Shown: one piece after another, positions 51,651 to 61,912 of the stretch
How the letters are laid out: every line of letters starts with the position of its first letter
Numbering within the stretch: position 1 is the stretch's first letter
Assembly: GCA_965261825.1 (NCBI GenBank)
Contig: OZ253484.1
Coordinates: forward strand, 532,695 to 596,694
DNA: 64,000 nt
From: Dehalococcoidia bacterium
GTDB lineage: Bacteria; Chloroflexota; Dehalococcoidia; Lucifugimonadales; QGNO01
Reading direction: 5' to 3'
Made by a program: the position numbers and the translations under genes
Notes under the pieces: model-generated
The model's database searches: none
What the model was told of the DNA's origin: nothing
The model's input: only the letters and a program-made list of their open reading frames with translations

Positions 51651-53375
51651 ATGAAGCTCACAGGCGCCCAGATGGTTTGTGAGAGCCTTATACGTGAGGG
51701 TGTGGACCTGGTATTTGGGCTTCCAGGCGGCGCGATACTACCCCTCTACCAGACGATGCCTCAGTATCCGCAGATACGCCATATACTGGTGCGCCATGAA
51801 CAGGGAGCAGCCATGGCGGCAGACGGGTATTTCAGGGCGTCTGGCAGGGTAGGGGTTGCCTTTGCCACCTCCGGGCCGGGCGCAACCAACCTGGTCACGG
51901 GCATTGCCTGCGCAAACATGGACTCTTCTGCAATGGTCTGCATCACGGGCCAGGTAGCCCGCGCCGCAATTGGCAAGGACGCTTTCCAAGAAGGCGATAC
52001 CACGGGAGTCACACTGCCCATTACCAAGCACAACTATCTTGTGATGAAGGCGGCGGATATTCCCAAGGTCATTCATGAAGCGTTCTACATAGCAAAGACG
52101 GGCCGGCCAGGCCCTGTGCTGGTGGACATACCCAAGGACGTATTCATAGAGAAAGCCGACTTCGAGTATCCGGAGGAGGTGGACTTACCCGGATACAAAC
52201 CGACTCTAGAGGGCCATTCCAGCCAGATCAAGAAAGCGGTCAAGCTGATCAAGGACGCTCAGCGACCAGTGATACTTGCCGGGCACGGCGTGATCATTTC
52301 CCACGCCTATGAGGAGCTGAGGGAGCTTGCCGAAAAGGCGGAGATTCCCGTCATAACCACGCTGCTCGGCCTGAGTTGCTTCCCGGAGACACACGTGCTC
52401 AGCGTGGGGATGCCCGGTATGCATGGGGTGGCCTACGCAAGCCTGGCCATCGACAGGTCTGACCTGGTGATTTCACTGGGTGCGCGGTTTGACGACCGTG
52501 TTACGGGTCGTGTCAGCGCTTTCGCACCCAAGGCCAAGGTGATCCACGTTGACATAGACCCGGCGGTTATTGGGCAGAACGTGAAGACGCATGTTCCCAT
52601 TGTGGGTGACCTGCGTCGCGTACTCAGGACACTCAACAAGCAGATAGAGCCGGCAACCCGTTCAGAATGGCTGGACGAGATCGAGCAGCTGCGCAGAGAG
52701 CATCCGTCGTTGCGGATGCCCAACAATCCCAAGTTGACCCAGCAGTTCATCCTCAAGCAGCTTTCAGATATCACGCAGGGCAAGGCGATTATAGTTACCG
52801 GAGTGGGGCAGCATCAGATGTGGGCGGCTCAGCTATACACGTTCACGGAACCCAACACCATGATCACATCTGGCGGCGCTGGAGCCATGGGATTCGAAGT
52901 GCCTGCCGCCATGGGTGCTCAGCTTGCCCGGCCCGGCGAGGTGGTCTGGTCGATTGCGGGTGACGGCGGCTTCCAGATGACGATGTCGGAGCTGGCGACC
53001 ATGGTGGAGAACAAAATACCGGTGAAGTTTGCCATAATGAACAATCGGTTCCTGGGTATGGTTAGGCAGTGGCAGCACATGTTCTACAACGATACTTTTT
53101 ACGCCACCGAATACACTGGGAACCCGGATTTTGTGAAGCTGGCCGAGGCGTTCGGGGTGCTGGGCATCAGAGTAACCGAGAACTATCAGGTGGCGGGCGC
53201 CATTGAAGAGGCGATGGCGTATGAAGGCCCGGTTATTGTGGACTTTGTGGTGGATCCGGAAGAGAACGTTTACCCAATGATCCCGCCCGGAGAGAGCGTC
53301 AACGAGCTTATAGAGGCGCCGGAACAGTTTGAGGCCGTGCTGGAGGCAAATCCAGACATGATGCCGCCGTCCTAG
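51651..53375 (+). CDS. ilvB: Acetolactate synthase large subunit
   Basis: FGLPGGAIL, RHEQGA, TSGPGATN, VGQHQMW, GDGGFQMT, GMVRQWQ. Confidence 0.96.
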   Translation: MKLTGAQMVCESLIREGVDLVFGLPGGAILPLYQTMPQYPQIRHILVRHEQGAAMAADGYFRASGRVGVAFATSGPGATNLVTGIACANMDSSAMVCITGQVARAAIGKDAFQEGDTTGVTLPITKHNYLVMKAADIPKVIHEAFYIAKTGRPGPVLVDIPKDVFIEKADFEYPEEVDLPGYKPTLEGHSSQIKKAVKLIKDAQRPVILAGHGVIISHAYEELRELAEKAEIPVITTLLGLSCFPETHVLSVGMPGMHGVAYASLAIDRSDLVISLGARFDDRVTGRVSAFAPKAKVIHVDIDPAVIGQNVKTHVPIVGDLRRVLRTLNKQIEPATRSEWLDEIEQLRREHPSLRMPNNPKLTQQFILKQLSDITQGKAIIVTGVGQHQMWAAQLYTFTEPNTMITSGGAGAMGFEVPAAMGAQLARPGEVVWSIAGDGGFQMTMSELATMVENKIPVKFAIMNNRFLGMVRQWQHMFYNDTFYATEYTGNPDFVKLAEAFGVLGIRVTENYQVAGAIEEAMAYEGPVIVDFVVDPEENVYPMIPPGESVNELIEAPEQFEAVLEANPDMMPPS

Positions 53376-53393
53376 CGATTGGTATAAGAGAAC

Positions 53394-53948
53394 ATGATTA
53401 CAGCGGAAAAGCACTCTCACACCCTTGTGGCTCTGGTTCTAGACAAGCCAGGTGTATTGAACCGCATAGCCAGTATGTTCAGGCGGCGCGGCTACAATAT
53501 CCACAGCTTGGCCGTAGGTCATAGCGAGATACCCAACCTTTCTCGCATGACTTTTGTTGTGGAAGGCGACGATACCACGGTGGAGCAGGTCACCAAGCAA
53601 CTCTACAAGCTGATCGACGTTGTGCGGGTTACCAAACTCTCGGACATGGATTGCGTGTCCCGTGAGATGGCGCTGATCAAAGTGCGCTCCACGGCACAGA
53701 CCCGCAGTGAGATCATCCAAATGGTTGATATTTTTAGGGCGAACATCGTGGATGTTTCCGCGGAGTCCATGATCATTGAAGTGACCGGAGACGAGGACAA
53801 GATAGATTCGCTGTATACGCTGCTCAAACCGTTTGGCGTAAGAGAGATGATGCGGACGGGCCGGGTGGCTATGAACCGCGGGCCGCTTACGTCGCACGGC
53901 CTGGAGAACGGGAGAGTAAAGAGCAAGAACCTGGGCAGTTCAGGGTAA
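53394..53948 (+). CDS. ilvN: Acetolactate synthase small (regulatory) subunit
   Basis: DKPGVLNRI, RRGYNIHSLAVG, EQVTKQLYKLIDV, RTG. Confidence 0.95.
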   Translation: MITAEKHSHTLVALVLDKPGVLNRIASMFRRRGYNIHSLAVGHSEIPNLSRMTFVVEGDDTTVEQVTKQLYKLIDVVRVTKLSDMDCVSREMALIKVRSTAQTRSEIIQMVDIFRANIVDVSAESMIIEVTGDEDKIDSLYTLLKPFGVREMMRTGRVAMNRGPLTSHGLENGRVKSKNLGSSG

Positions 53949-53981
53949 CGGTGAGTCCAAGAGAAACTCAAGGAGCAAAGC

Positions 53982-54980
53982 ATGGCAACGGTCTACTATG
54001 AGAATGACGCCGATCGATCACTGATCCAAGACAAGACAATTGGAGTCATTGGATACGGCAGCCAGGGGCATGCCCACGCTCTGAATCTGAAAGACAGCGG
54101 TCTGAACGTCATTGTAGGCCTTTACGAGGGAAGCGGGAGCTGGTCCAAGGCGGAAGAGGACGGCTTCAACGTTGCCCTCACCTCCCAAGCCGCCAAAGAG
54201 TCGGACATTATAGTCATGCTGCTCCCCGACACCTCCCAAGGCGAGGTCTACAAGCGTGACATAGAGCCAAACCTCAGCGCCGGAAAGAGCATTGCTTTTG
54301 CTCACGGTTTTTCCATCCACTACGAGACGGTAGTTCCGCCCAGCAACGTGGATGTCTGGATGATAGCTCCCAAGGCTCCGGGACATAGAATGCGCGAGGT
54401 ATACAGACAGGGGAACGGGGTGCCTTCCCTGGTAGCGGTGCACCAGGACGCCACCGGCAACGCCAAACAAACGGCGCTGGCCTATGCCTGGGGAGTGGGC
54501 TCGCTCAGGGCGGGTGTACTGAATACCACGTTCAAAGAGGAGACGGAGACCGACCTCTTCGGCGAACAAACCGTTCTGTGCGGCGGCGTTACTTCTTTGG
54601 TCAAGGCGGCGTTTGAGACCATGGTAGAGGCGGGCTATCAACCGGAGTCGGCTTATTTTGAGGTGATGCACGAACTGAAGCTGATAGTTGACCTGCTGTA
54701 TCAGGGCGGTATGGAGTACATGCGTTATTCGGTCAGCGATACGGCAGAGTACGGCGACTACACCCGTGGTCCCCGAATCATAGACGAAGATGTCAAAGTG
54801 AAGATGCAAAAGGTGCTGAGTGAGATACAAGACGGTACCTTTGCCAGGGAGTGGATTGCGGAAAATGACGAGGGCCGTCCCAGATTCAAGCTTCTACGTG
54901 AGGAGAACGCTGGCCACCCTATAGAGAAGGTAGGCAAGGAACTGAGGGGCATGATGCCCTGGCTCAAGAGCACTACGTGA
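53982..54980 (+). CDS. ilvC: Ketol-acid reductoisomerase
   Basis: [42 protein letters not shown]. Confidence 0.97.
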   Translation: MATVYYENDADRSLIQDKTIGVIGYGSQGHAHALNLKDSGLNVIVGLYEGSGSWSKAEEDGFNVALTSQAAKESDIIVMLLPDTSQGEVYKRDIEPNLSAGKSIAFAHGFSIHYETVVPPSNVDVWMIAPKAPGHRMREVYRQGNGVPSLVAVHQDATGNAKQTALAYAWGVGSLRAGVLNTTFKEETETDLFGEQTVLCGGVTSLVKAAFETMVEAGYQPESAYFEVMHELKLIVDLLYQGGMEYMRYSVSDTAEYGDYTRGPRIIDEDVKVKMQKVLSEIQDGTFAREWIAENDEGRPRFKLLREENAGHPIEKVGKELRGMMPWLKSTT

Positions 54981-55114
54981 TGATTGCCAATCCATCATTT
55001 CAAGATGCGTTGGAGGTACGGCGCGTGGTCCGTTGCGAAGACCGGGTCTTAGCAAGGCTGGGTCTAGCGGACCGCGTTGTCCTGTGACCCTTAGCTTTCC
55101 TCCAATTCCGTACC
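54980..55114 (+). promoter_or_regulatory. Candidate leuA leader: 35-aa uORF (54980-55087) overlapping a long structured RNA
   Basis: TGATG coupling to ilvC; hairpin 55023-55077; competing helices TTGGAGG/CCTCCAA and GGTACGG/CCGTACC. Confidence 0.5.
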
Positions 55115-55156
55115 CGCCGGGCACTATCCCAAATTGTTAACTAGGAGCACCAGACC

Positions 55157-56707
55157 ATGGTAGAGGACAAGGTATATATATTCGATACCACGCTGCGCGA
55201 CGGCGAACAGTCGGCCGGCGCGGCAATGACCGTAGATGAAAAGCTGGAGGTAGCAAGACGGCTGGAAGCAATGGGCGTGGACATAATAGAAGCGGGGTTC
55301 CCTGTAAGCTCCCCCGGTGATTTTGAAGCGGTGAGGGCCGTTGCCAAAGAGATACGCAAGCCCATCATCTGCGCCTTGGCACACGCCAATCCCACCGCCG
55401 TGGATAAAGCGGCGGAAGCTTTGAAGGAAGCCAGGCATCCCCGCATCCACGTTTTCCTCTCCAGCTCTGACATTCACATAATGCATCAGCTTCGCAAAGG
55501 CCGGGAAGAGGTCATGGATATGGCTGTGTCCAACGTGGAACGCGCCAAGAGCTACGTTGATGACGTGGAGTTTTCGCCCATGGACGCCACGCGAACGGAA
55601 CCGGAATACCTCTATACAATGCTGGAAGCCTGTATCAATGCCGGCGCCACTACAATCAACATCCCGGATACCGTGGGCTACACAACACCCTCCGAGTTTA
55701 CCGCGCTGCTGGAGGGCGTAAAGAAAAACGTGCCCAACATAGGCAAAGTGAGGCTAAGCGTCCACTGTCACAATGACTTGGGGATGGCCGTGGCCAACAG
55801 CCTTGCCGCCGTAAAAGCCGGGGTGCGGCAAATAGAGGGATGCATCAACGGCATAGGCGAAAGGGCCGGCAACGCGGCCATAGAAGAAGTGATCATGGCC
55901 CTGCACACCAGGGAGGACCACTACAATGTCAGGCTGGACATAGATACAACCCAGATCCACCGTATCAGCAAGATGGTAAGCGATATCACAGGCTTCTCGG
56001 TGCAACCCAACAAGGCTGTGGTGGGGAGAAACGCCTTCAGACACGCCTCAGGCATCCATCAGGACGGGTTTCTGAAGGAGCGCACCACCTATGAGATAAT
56101 GGACCCGCAGAGCATAGGCTGGCCCAGCAGCGAAGTGGTGCTGGGTAAGCTCAGTGGCCGGCATGGCCTGAAGTCCAGGCTCGACGAGCTGGGATATCAG
56201 CCTACCGACGCTGAGCTAGGCCGTATATTCGAAAGCTTCAAGGAACTGGCCGACAAAAAGCGCGAAGTAACCGATAGAGACCTGGAGTCTCTGATGGCCA
56301 ACCAGCGCCGCAGTTTCGATGACGTATACAAGCTTGACCACATCCAGGTCTCATGCGGCAATCACGAAATACCGACGGCTACCGTACGGCTGATTGGGCC
56401 GGACGGTCAAATCAAGACCGACGCCGCTACCGGCACGGGACCAGTCGACGCCGTGTATCAGGCCATCAACCGGGTTATAAGAGTGCCCAACACACTGACC
56501 GAATTCAGCGTACAAGCCGTTACGGAGGGCATAGACGCCGTAGGCGAAGTGAGCATTCGCATTGAGAGCGGCGATCAAGCGTTTGTTGGACGCGGCGCCG
56601 ACACCGACATCATAGTTGCCAGCGCAAGGGCATACATGAGCGCCCTGAACCGTCTGCTCAGCATGGGAGACGTGGAAAAACCGGCTGAAGCAGTAAGCTT
56701 TGCCTGA
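55157..56707 (+). CDS. leuA: 2-isopropylmalate synthase
   Basis: [46 protein letters not shown] regulatory domain. Confidence 0.97.
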   Translation: MVEDKVYIFDTTLRDGEQSAGAAMTVDEKLEVARRLEAMGVDIIEAGFPVSSPGDFEAVRAVAKEIRKPIICALAHANPTAVDKAAEALKEARHPRIHVFLSSSDIHIMHQLRKGREEVMDMAVSNVERAKSYVDDVEFSPMDATRTEPEYLYTMLEACINAGATTINIPDTVGYTTPSEFTALLEGVKKNVPNIGKVRLSVHCHNDLGMAVANSLAAVKAGVRQIEGCINGIGERAGNAAIEEVIMALHTREDHYNVRLDIDTTQIHRISKMVSDITGFSVQPNKAVVGRNAFRHASGIHQDGFLKERTTYEIMDPQSIGWPSSEVVLGKLSGRHGLKSRLDELGYQPTDAELGRIFESFKELADKKREVTDRDLESLMANQRRSFDDVYKLDHIQVSCGNHEIPTATVRLIGPDGQIKTDAATGTGPVDAVYQAINRVIRVPNTLTEFSVQAVTEGIDAVGEVSIRIESGDQAFVGRGADTDIIVASARAYMSALNRLLSMGDVEKPAEAVSFA

Positions 56708-56754
56708 TTGACAAGAGACACAGTATGGCTTACAATCCTTCCTATAAGTAAGGA
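56708..56754 (+). promoter_or_regulatory. Internal sigma70 promoter plus palindromic operator of the TA module
   Basis: TTGACA begins at the base after the leuA stop, 17 nt, TACAAT (56731-56736); imperfect palindrome TCCTTCCTATAAGTAAGGA (56736-56754). Confidence 0.8.
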
Positions 56755-56773
56755 ATGGAAGGAGGGTGGCCAA

Positions 56774-57241
56774 ATGCCTGTTGTAACCATGACCAGCAAG
56801 AACCAAATAACGCTGCCCATAGAAATAGCCAGGCAGCTGAACGTTAAGCCCGGAGACAAACTGGTAGTGGAGCTGATTCAAGACCATGTTGTTCTCATGC
56901 CGCAGCCCGGAAGCTGGGCTGACCACGTGGTTGGCAGTGTCAAGGGAGTGTACGGAGCTCGCAAAGAAGATATAGACAGCTATATCAGCGAAGTCCGCTA
57001 CGGTGATGGAGGTGAGGCGGATGAGGAACTGTTGGACGCACTCAACCTGGATGAGGAACTTCGCGCTGTGTATGAGGCCGTTTCCTCTAGAGATATGTCC
57101 AGCTTGAGCCAGATCAGAGAAAGTTCAGGCGTATATCTTGCCCAGCAGAAGCTGGAGAGGCTGGGAGAACTGAAAGCAATTAAAAAGTGGGAGAATCCGG
57201 CACACAAGTCTGAAATTTACTATCGCAGAGCCGGTAAATGA
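56774..57241 (+). CDS. AbrB/MazE-type antitoxin with long C-terminal extension
   Basis: MTSKNQITLPIEIARQLNVKPGDKL; overlaps the PIN gene by ATGA. Confidence 0.88.
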   Translation: MPVVTMTSKNQITLPIEIARQLNVKPGDKLVVELIQDHVVLMPQPGSWADHVVGSVKGVYGARKEDIDSYISEVRYGDGGEADEELLDALNLDEELRAVYEAVSSRDMSSLSQIRESSGVYLAQQKLERLGELKAIKKWENPAHKSEIYYRRAGK

Positions 57242-57708
57242 GGAAGAATCCTCTCATTGGCCCCTGGCTGGAGCAATTGAGGCAATACCGCAGCGTTGCT
57301 TTAGACACCAACCTGATAATCTATGCGCTGGAGGGCGTCGCACCCTATGATGAAATGGCGCTGCATCTGTTCAGATTGATGGAGCGGGGGATACTTCAAG
57401 GGGTTGCATCCACTATTGTCGAGGCTGAGACTCTGGTCAAGCCCATACGCAACCGTGACCGGCTTGCCATAGACAAGATAGAGCTCTTCTTTAGAAACCT
57501 GCCCAACTTGCTCGTGAAACCGGTGGATAGCAGGCTGGCCAGAACAGCGGCAAGGGTTAGAGCCGACAACCGACTGACGCTGTTTGATGCGGTTATAGTG
57601 GCCACTGCCCTTGAGCAGGGGTGCGACGCTATAATAGGCAATGATCGCCTCATGGGACAAAGGGTCACTGGGATACCCTACGTTTACCTTGAAAACTATC
57701 TTATCTAA
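57238..57708 (+). CDS. vapC: PIN-domain VapC toxin
   Basis: [29 protein letters not shown]: four acidic active-site positions intact. Confidence 0.9.
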   Translation: MRKNPLIGPWLEQLRQYRSVALDTNLIIYALEGVAPYDEMALHLFRLMERGILQGVASTIVEAETLVKPIRNRDRLAIDKIELFFRNLPNLLVKPVDSRLARTAARVRADNRLTLFDAVIVATALEQGCDAIIGNDRLMGQRVTGIPYVYLENYLI

Positions 57709-57718
57709 GAGGGAAGAG

Positions 57719-59125
57719 ATGCCCAATACTATGTTCGAGAAGATCTGGAGTGAGCACGTAGTCTACGAGGAGCAGTATAAGCCGGCTATCCTCTACATAG
57801 ACTTGCACCTTATACATGAGGTCACCTCACCACAGGCGTTCGACGGACTCCGCATGAACAACCGTAAGGTCAGGAGAACGGATCTGACGGTTGCAACCGT
57901 GGACCACAACGTGCCCACAACAGACCGCGCACTGCCTGTTGCTGACCTGATTTCCCGCGCTCAGATAGATGCTTTGAACCGGAACGTAGAGGAGTTTGAC
58001 ATAACCTACTACGGGATGGACAGCCCCGGCCAAGGGATTGTCCACGTCATAGGGCCGGAGATGGGATATACCCAGCCTGGCAAGACAATCGTCTGCGGTG
58101 ACAGCCATACCTCTACACATGGCGCATTTGGCGCACTGGCCTTCGGCATAGGCACCTCTGAGGTAGAACATGTGCTGGTGACACAGACCCTGCGCCAGGC
58201 GAAGCCCAAGACCATGGAGATTAGAGTCGATGGGATGCTGCCTTATGGCGTTACCGCCAAGGACATCATCCTGGCTATTATCGGCAAGATAGGTGTTGGG
58301 GGGGCCACCGGCCACGTGGTCGAGTATACCGGTGAAGCCATCCGCGGCCTCTCCATGGAGGGCCGCATGACTGTGTGCAACATGTCTATTGAGGCAGGAG
58401 CAAGGGCAGGTATGGTGGCTCCGGACAGTAAGACGATTGAATACCTCAGGGGAAGGCCGAGAGTTCCCCAAGGGGACGCTTTTGAAGCCACCGCAGAAAA
58501 GTGGCTCTCCCTGAAAACGGACGCGGACGCCGCATACGACACCACGGTTGAGCTGGACGGGTCTACTCTGTCGCCCTTCGTCACCTGGGGGACTAACCCC
58601 GGCATGGTGGTGCCAGTGACGGAGCACGTGCCTGACCCGGGTTCGTTCGAATCCGCGGTGGAGCGTGAGGCGGCGGAGCGCGCCTTGACGTACATGGACC
58701 TGGAACCCGGCAGACCAATGCAGGAGGTACTCCTTGACCGTGTCTTCATAGGCTCCTGTACCAACTCACGCATAGAAGACCTGCGCGCCGCCTCAGAGGT
58801 GGTCAGCGGGCGCAGAGTGAACGACAAGATTAGGGCAATGGTGGTGCCCGGCTCCACGGCGGTGAAAGCTCAGGCGGAAGTGGAAGGTTTGGATAGGATA
58901 TTCGTGGACGCGGGGTTCGAATGGCGTGAATCGGGGTGCTCCATGTGCCTGGGTATGAACCCGGACATCCTGGGCCCCGGTGAGCGTTGCGCCTCCACGT
59001 CCAATCGCAACTTTGAGGGAAGGCAGGGACCGGGCGGGCGCACGCACTTGATGAGCCCGCAGATGGCCGCCGCAGCCGCCATTGCCGGGCATATTGTGGA
59101 CATTAGGGAGTGGAACTTCAGCTAG
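57719..59125 (+). CDS. leuC: 3-isopropylmalate dehydratase large subunit
   Basis: [52 protein letters not shown]. Confidence 0.97.
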   Translation: MPNTMFEKIWSEHVVYEEQYKPAILYIDLHLIHEVTSPQAFDGLRMNNRKVRRTDLTVATVDHNVPTTDRALPVADLISRAQIDALNRNVEEFDITYYGMDSPGQGIVHVIGPEMGYTQPGKTIVCGDSHTSTHGAFGALAFGIGTSEVEHVLVTQTLRQAKPKTMEIRVDGMLPYGVTAKDIILAIIGKIGVGGATGHVVEYTGEAIRGLSMEGRMTVCNMSIEAGARAGMVAPDSKTIEYLRGRPRVPQGDAFEATAEKWLSLKTDADAAYDTTVELDGSTLSPFVTWGTNPGMVVPVTEHVPDPGSFESAVEREAAERALTYMDLEPGRPMQEVLLDRVFIGSCTNSRIEDLRAASEVVSGRRVNDKIRAMVVPGSTAVKAQAEVEGLDRIFVDAGFEWRESGCSMCLGMNPDILGPGERCASTSNRNFEGRQGPGGRTHLMSPQMAAAAAIAGHIVDIREWNFS

Positions 59126-59134
59126 GAGAAAATC

Positions 59135-59728
59135 GTGGAACCGTATGTAAGAGTGACCGGGAGAGCCGTTCCTTTGGACAGGGCCAACGTCGATACCGAC
59201 CAGATAATCCCAGCCAAGTATTTGAAGCGCATTGAGCGCACGGGATTCGGGGAGTTCCTCTTCGACTCGTGGCGAAAGCTGCCAGACGGGAAAGCCAACC
59301 CCGACTTTATTCTCAATGATCCGAAATACAAAGGCGCCACGGTCCTTATCACCGGGACTAACTTTGGCAGTGGCTCCTCCAGGGAGCATGCTCCCTGGGC
59401 GCTGGAGGACCACGGGTTTCGCACCATCATCAGCTCCGGCTTCGCTGACATCTTTCGCAACAACTGCTATCAGAACGGCATGCTGCCGGTGCAGCTTGCA
59501 CCAGAAGACGTTGACCACTTCATGGGCAAAGCCAAGGAGGGCGCGGACTATGAGATCACCGTCGATCTAGAGCGCTGCTTGGTTACGGGGTCGGATGAGT
59601 ACACGGCGGAGTTCCAGGTGGACCCGTTTCGTCGCGACTGTTTGCTGAAGGGCCTGGACGATATAGGTCTAACCCTGGAGCACGAATCCGCTATTTCTGA
59701 ATACGAGCAGTCACACGCTACAACGTAG
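59135..59728 (+). CDS. leuD: 3-isopropylmalate dehydratase small subunit
   Basis: NVDTDQIIPA, NFGSGSSREHAPWAL, FADIFRNN, GLDDIGLTL. Confidence 0.97.
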   Translation: MEPYVRVTGRAVPLDRANVDTDQIIPAKYLKRIERTGFGEFLFDSWRKLPDGKANPDFILNDPKYKGATVLITGTNFGSGSSREHAPWALEDHGFRTIISSGFADIFRNNCYQNGMLPVQLAPEDVDHFMGKAKEGADYEITVDLERCLVTGSDEYTAEFQVDPFRRDCLLKGLDDIGLTLEHESAISEYEQSHATT

Positions 59729-59802
59729 TCATCCGGCTTGGTTGACTTCCCTGTTTGATAGTGCTAGGAATACATGCATTCGTCCAAGGGGTGCTCTAGC
59801 AG

Positions 59803-60498
59803 ATGAGTGTCAAAGGTCTCATTCAGCAATGGGACATATCTTCAGGTCTTGTCCTCACTGATCCTGAGTCCAAGGAGTTGCTGCATGAGGCTGGAATACA
59901 GGTGGCTGAAACCAAGGCGGTAACGTCCGCCGATGAAGCCGTCTCCGCAGCCAGGGCTTCCGATTTCCCCATCCTGCTCAAGCCCGTATCCAGGCAGCGG
60001 CTCCTGCTTGATGGTGGAGCAGTTGCACCGTTGTCGTCTGAAGCGGACCTGCGCAACGCCTTCCCCACGCTCCTTGCTCAGGCAAAGTCCTGGGACGCCA
60101 GTGTGGAGACGCTCTCTGTAAGCAAGGCGCCGCCTCCAGGCGTAGAGGTGATAGTCCGCCTGCACCGGGACCCGCTGTTTGGACCCGTCCTCTCGTTCGG
60201 CTATGGAAAGATGGCCGTAGAGGTGTGGGAAGACGTGACATACCGCATTGTGCCCCTCACCGGTAAGGACGCCAAGCTGATGATACGCGAGCCAAAAGGA
60301 AGCAGACTTCTGCAGGGATACGGAGCGCTGCCCGCGCCGAGGGCCTCCCTCCTGGAAGAGATGCTTCTAAGAGTCTCCGGCCTTGTCCATGAGAACCCTG
60401 AGATAGAGAACATGGAGCTGTTCCCCGTCTACGCTTATAGAGAACAGGTGCTGGTTGCAGAAGCAAGGGTAGAGTTGAAGGGAAGAGAAGAGGCCTGA
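59803..60498 (+). CDS. ADP-forming acyl-CoA synthetase beta (ATP-grasp) subunit, degenerate motifs
   Basis: LT..ESKELL..AGI, GVEVIV, DPLFGPVLSFG, VEVWEDVTYRIVPL, LLQGY. Confidence 0.8.
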   Translation: MSVKGLIQQWDISSGLVLTDPESKELLHEAGIQVAETKAVTSADEAVSAARASDFPILLKPVSRQRLLLDGGAVAPLSSEADLRNAFPTLLAQAKSWDASVETLSVSKAPPPGVEVIVRLHRDPLFGPVLSFGYGKMAVEVWEDVTYRIVPLTGKDAKLMIREPKGSRLLQGYGALPAPRASLLEEMLLRVSGLVHENPEIENMELFPVYAYREQVLVAEARVELKGREEA

Positions 60499-61901
60499 TG
60501 CACAAGCTGGAACGAATCTTCAGTCCAAGAAGCGTTGCCGTTGTTGGCTCCAAGCAGGTGGATAACCACAACTGGCTGCGCACCGTGCTGCCATTCCAGG
60601 GACCCAAGTACCACATCAACATAGACAAGAATGAATGGCCCAGCGCGGAAGAGCTGGGGTTCCCCAACTATGAAAGGCTGGTGGACGTCCCCGGGGACGT
60701 GGACTTCGTGATCGTATCCGTGCCTGCGCAGGTGGTGCCCTACGTAATCAAGGACTGTATAGCCAAGGGCGTGGCCGGGGTGCATCTCTATACGGCAGGC
60801 TATGGCGAGACAGGGATGGAGGATGGCATTCACCGGGAGCGGGAGTTGCTCCAGCTTGCCCGCGACGGTGATTTGAACGTAGTGGGCCCCAACTGCCTGG
60901 GTGTTTTCAATCCCAAGATAGGCATTGGGGTGAACCTGGGCGGGTACCACGGTGATGCCGGGAACTTTGCCTTCATCTCTCAGAGCGGTTCTCAGTCGGG
61001 AGGATTTGCCAGGGGATGTCTGGCCAACGGGATCAAAGTAAGCAAGCTGGTGAGCATGGGCAACGGCATCATTCTGGACAGCACGGATTACCTGGAGTAC
61101 TTTGCCCAGGACGAGGACACCACGGCAATAGGCATGTACTTGGAGGGGATCAGAGACGGCAGGCGTTTCTACGAGGTCCTGCGCCAAGTATGCGCCAAGA
61201 AGCCCGTCCTTGTCTGGAAAGTTGGAGAAACGGAGGACGCGGCACGGGCCGTAGCATCGCACTCCACCTCCATGACAACGGAATCCGCGGTCTGGGACGC
61301 TATGCTCCGTCAGTGCGGCGCCATCAAGATGGAAAGCGTTGACGAGGTCTTCGAGACGGCCAAGCTCCTCCTGCAACTGCCACCGACCACCGGCGACAGG
61401 CTGGGGCTGATGGCGTTGTCCGGCGGGCATGCCACTGAAATGGCCAATGTCTTCTCCAAGGCTGGCTTCAGAGTGCCTTCGCTACAAGAGAGCTCCTATC
61501 AACGCATACTGGAAAAATTCGACATCGTAGGAAGTACGTATACCAATCCCATCGAGGGTCGCACGCTGAGCAACCCCGATCACCTGAACAACGTCTTGGA
61601 CGTGCTGAACGACGATCCGAACGTGGACATCATCGTCCATGAGGTGCATACCGTAGTCAGGGACGGCGAGCCTTCACTATATAGGGGGCATGGCCCGGAG
61701 TTCCTGGCCGAGTTCCGCAAGCGGGCCAAGAAGCCGTACGTAGCCGCCATCTCTACGTCGCATCCCCACCCGCCCCAGGAGGTAGCGGACGAGTTCTACA
61801 AGAGGCTTACGGATGCGGGCATACCCGCTTTGCACGGGCTGCAGGGCACGGCGGCGGCTTTGCGGAAATTTGTCGACTATTACCAGTACCGAGAGGCTTA
61901 G
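60498..61901 (+). CDS. ADP-forming acyl-CoA synthetase alpha (CoA-binding) subunit
   Basis: FSPRSVAVVG, VGPNCLG, ISQSG, SMGN, YLEG, AVASHS (phospho-His), TNPIE. Confidence 0.88.
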   Translation: MHKLERIFSPRSVAVVGSKQVDNHNWLRTVLPFQGPKYHINIDKNEWPSAEELGFPNYERLVDVPGDVDFVIVSVPAQVVPYVIKDCIAKGVAGVHLYTAGYGETGMEDGIHRERELLQLARDGDLNVVGPNCLGVFNPKIGIGVNLGGYHGDAGNFAFISQSGSQSGGFARGCLANGIKVSKLVSMGNGIILDSTDYLEYFAQDEDTTAIGMYLEGIRDGRRFYEVLRQVCAKKPVLVWKVGETEDAARAVASHSTSMTTESAVWDAMLRQCGAIKMESVDEVFETAKLLLQLPPTTGDRLGLMALSGGHATEMANVFSKAGFRVPSLQESSYQRILEKFDIVGSTYTNPIEGRTLSNPDHLNNVLDVLNDDPNVDIIVHEVHTVVRDGEPSLYRGHGPEFLAEFRKRAKKPYVAAISTSHPHPPQEVADEFYKRLTDAGIPALHGLQGTAAALRKFVDYYQYREA

Positions 61902-61912
61902 CAGAAGGTACA

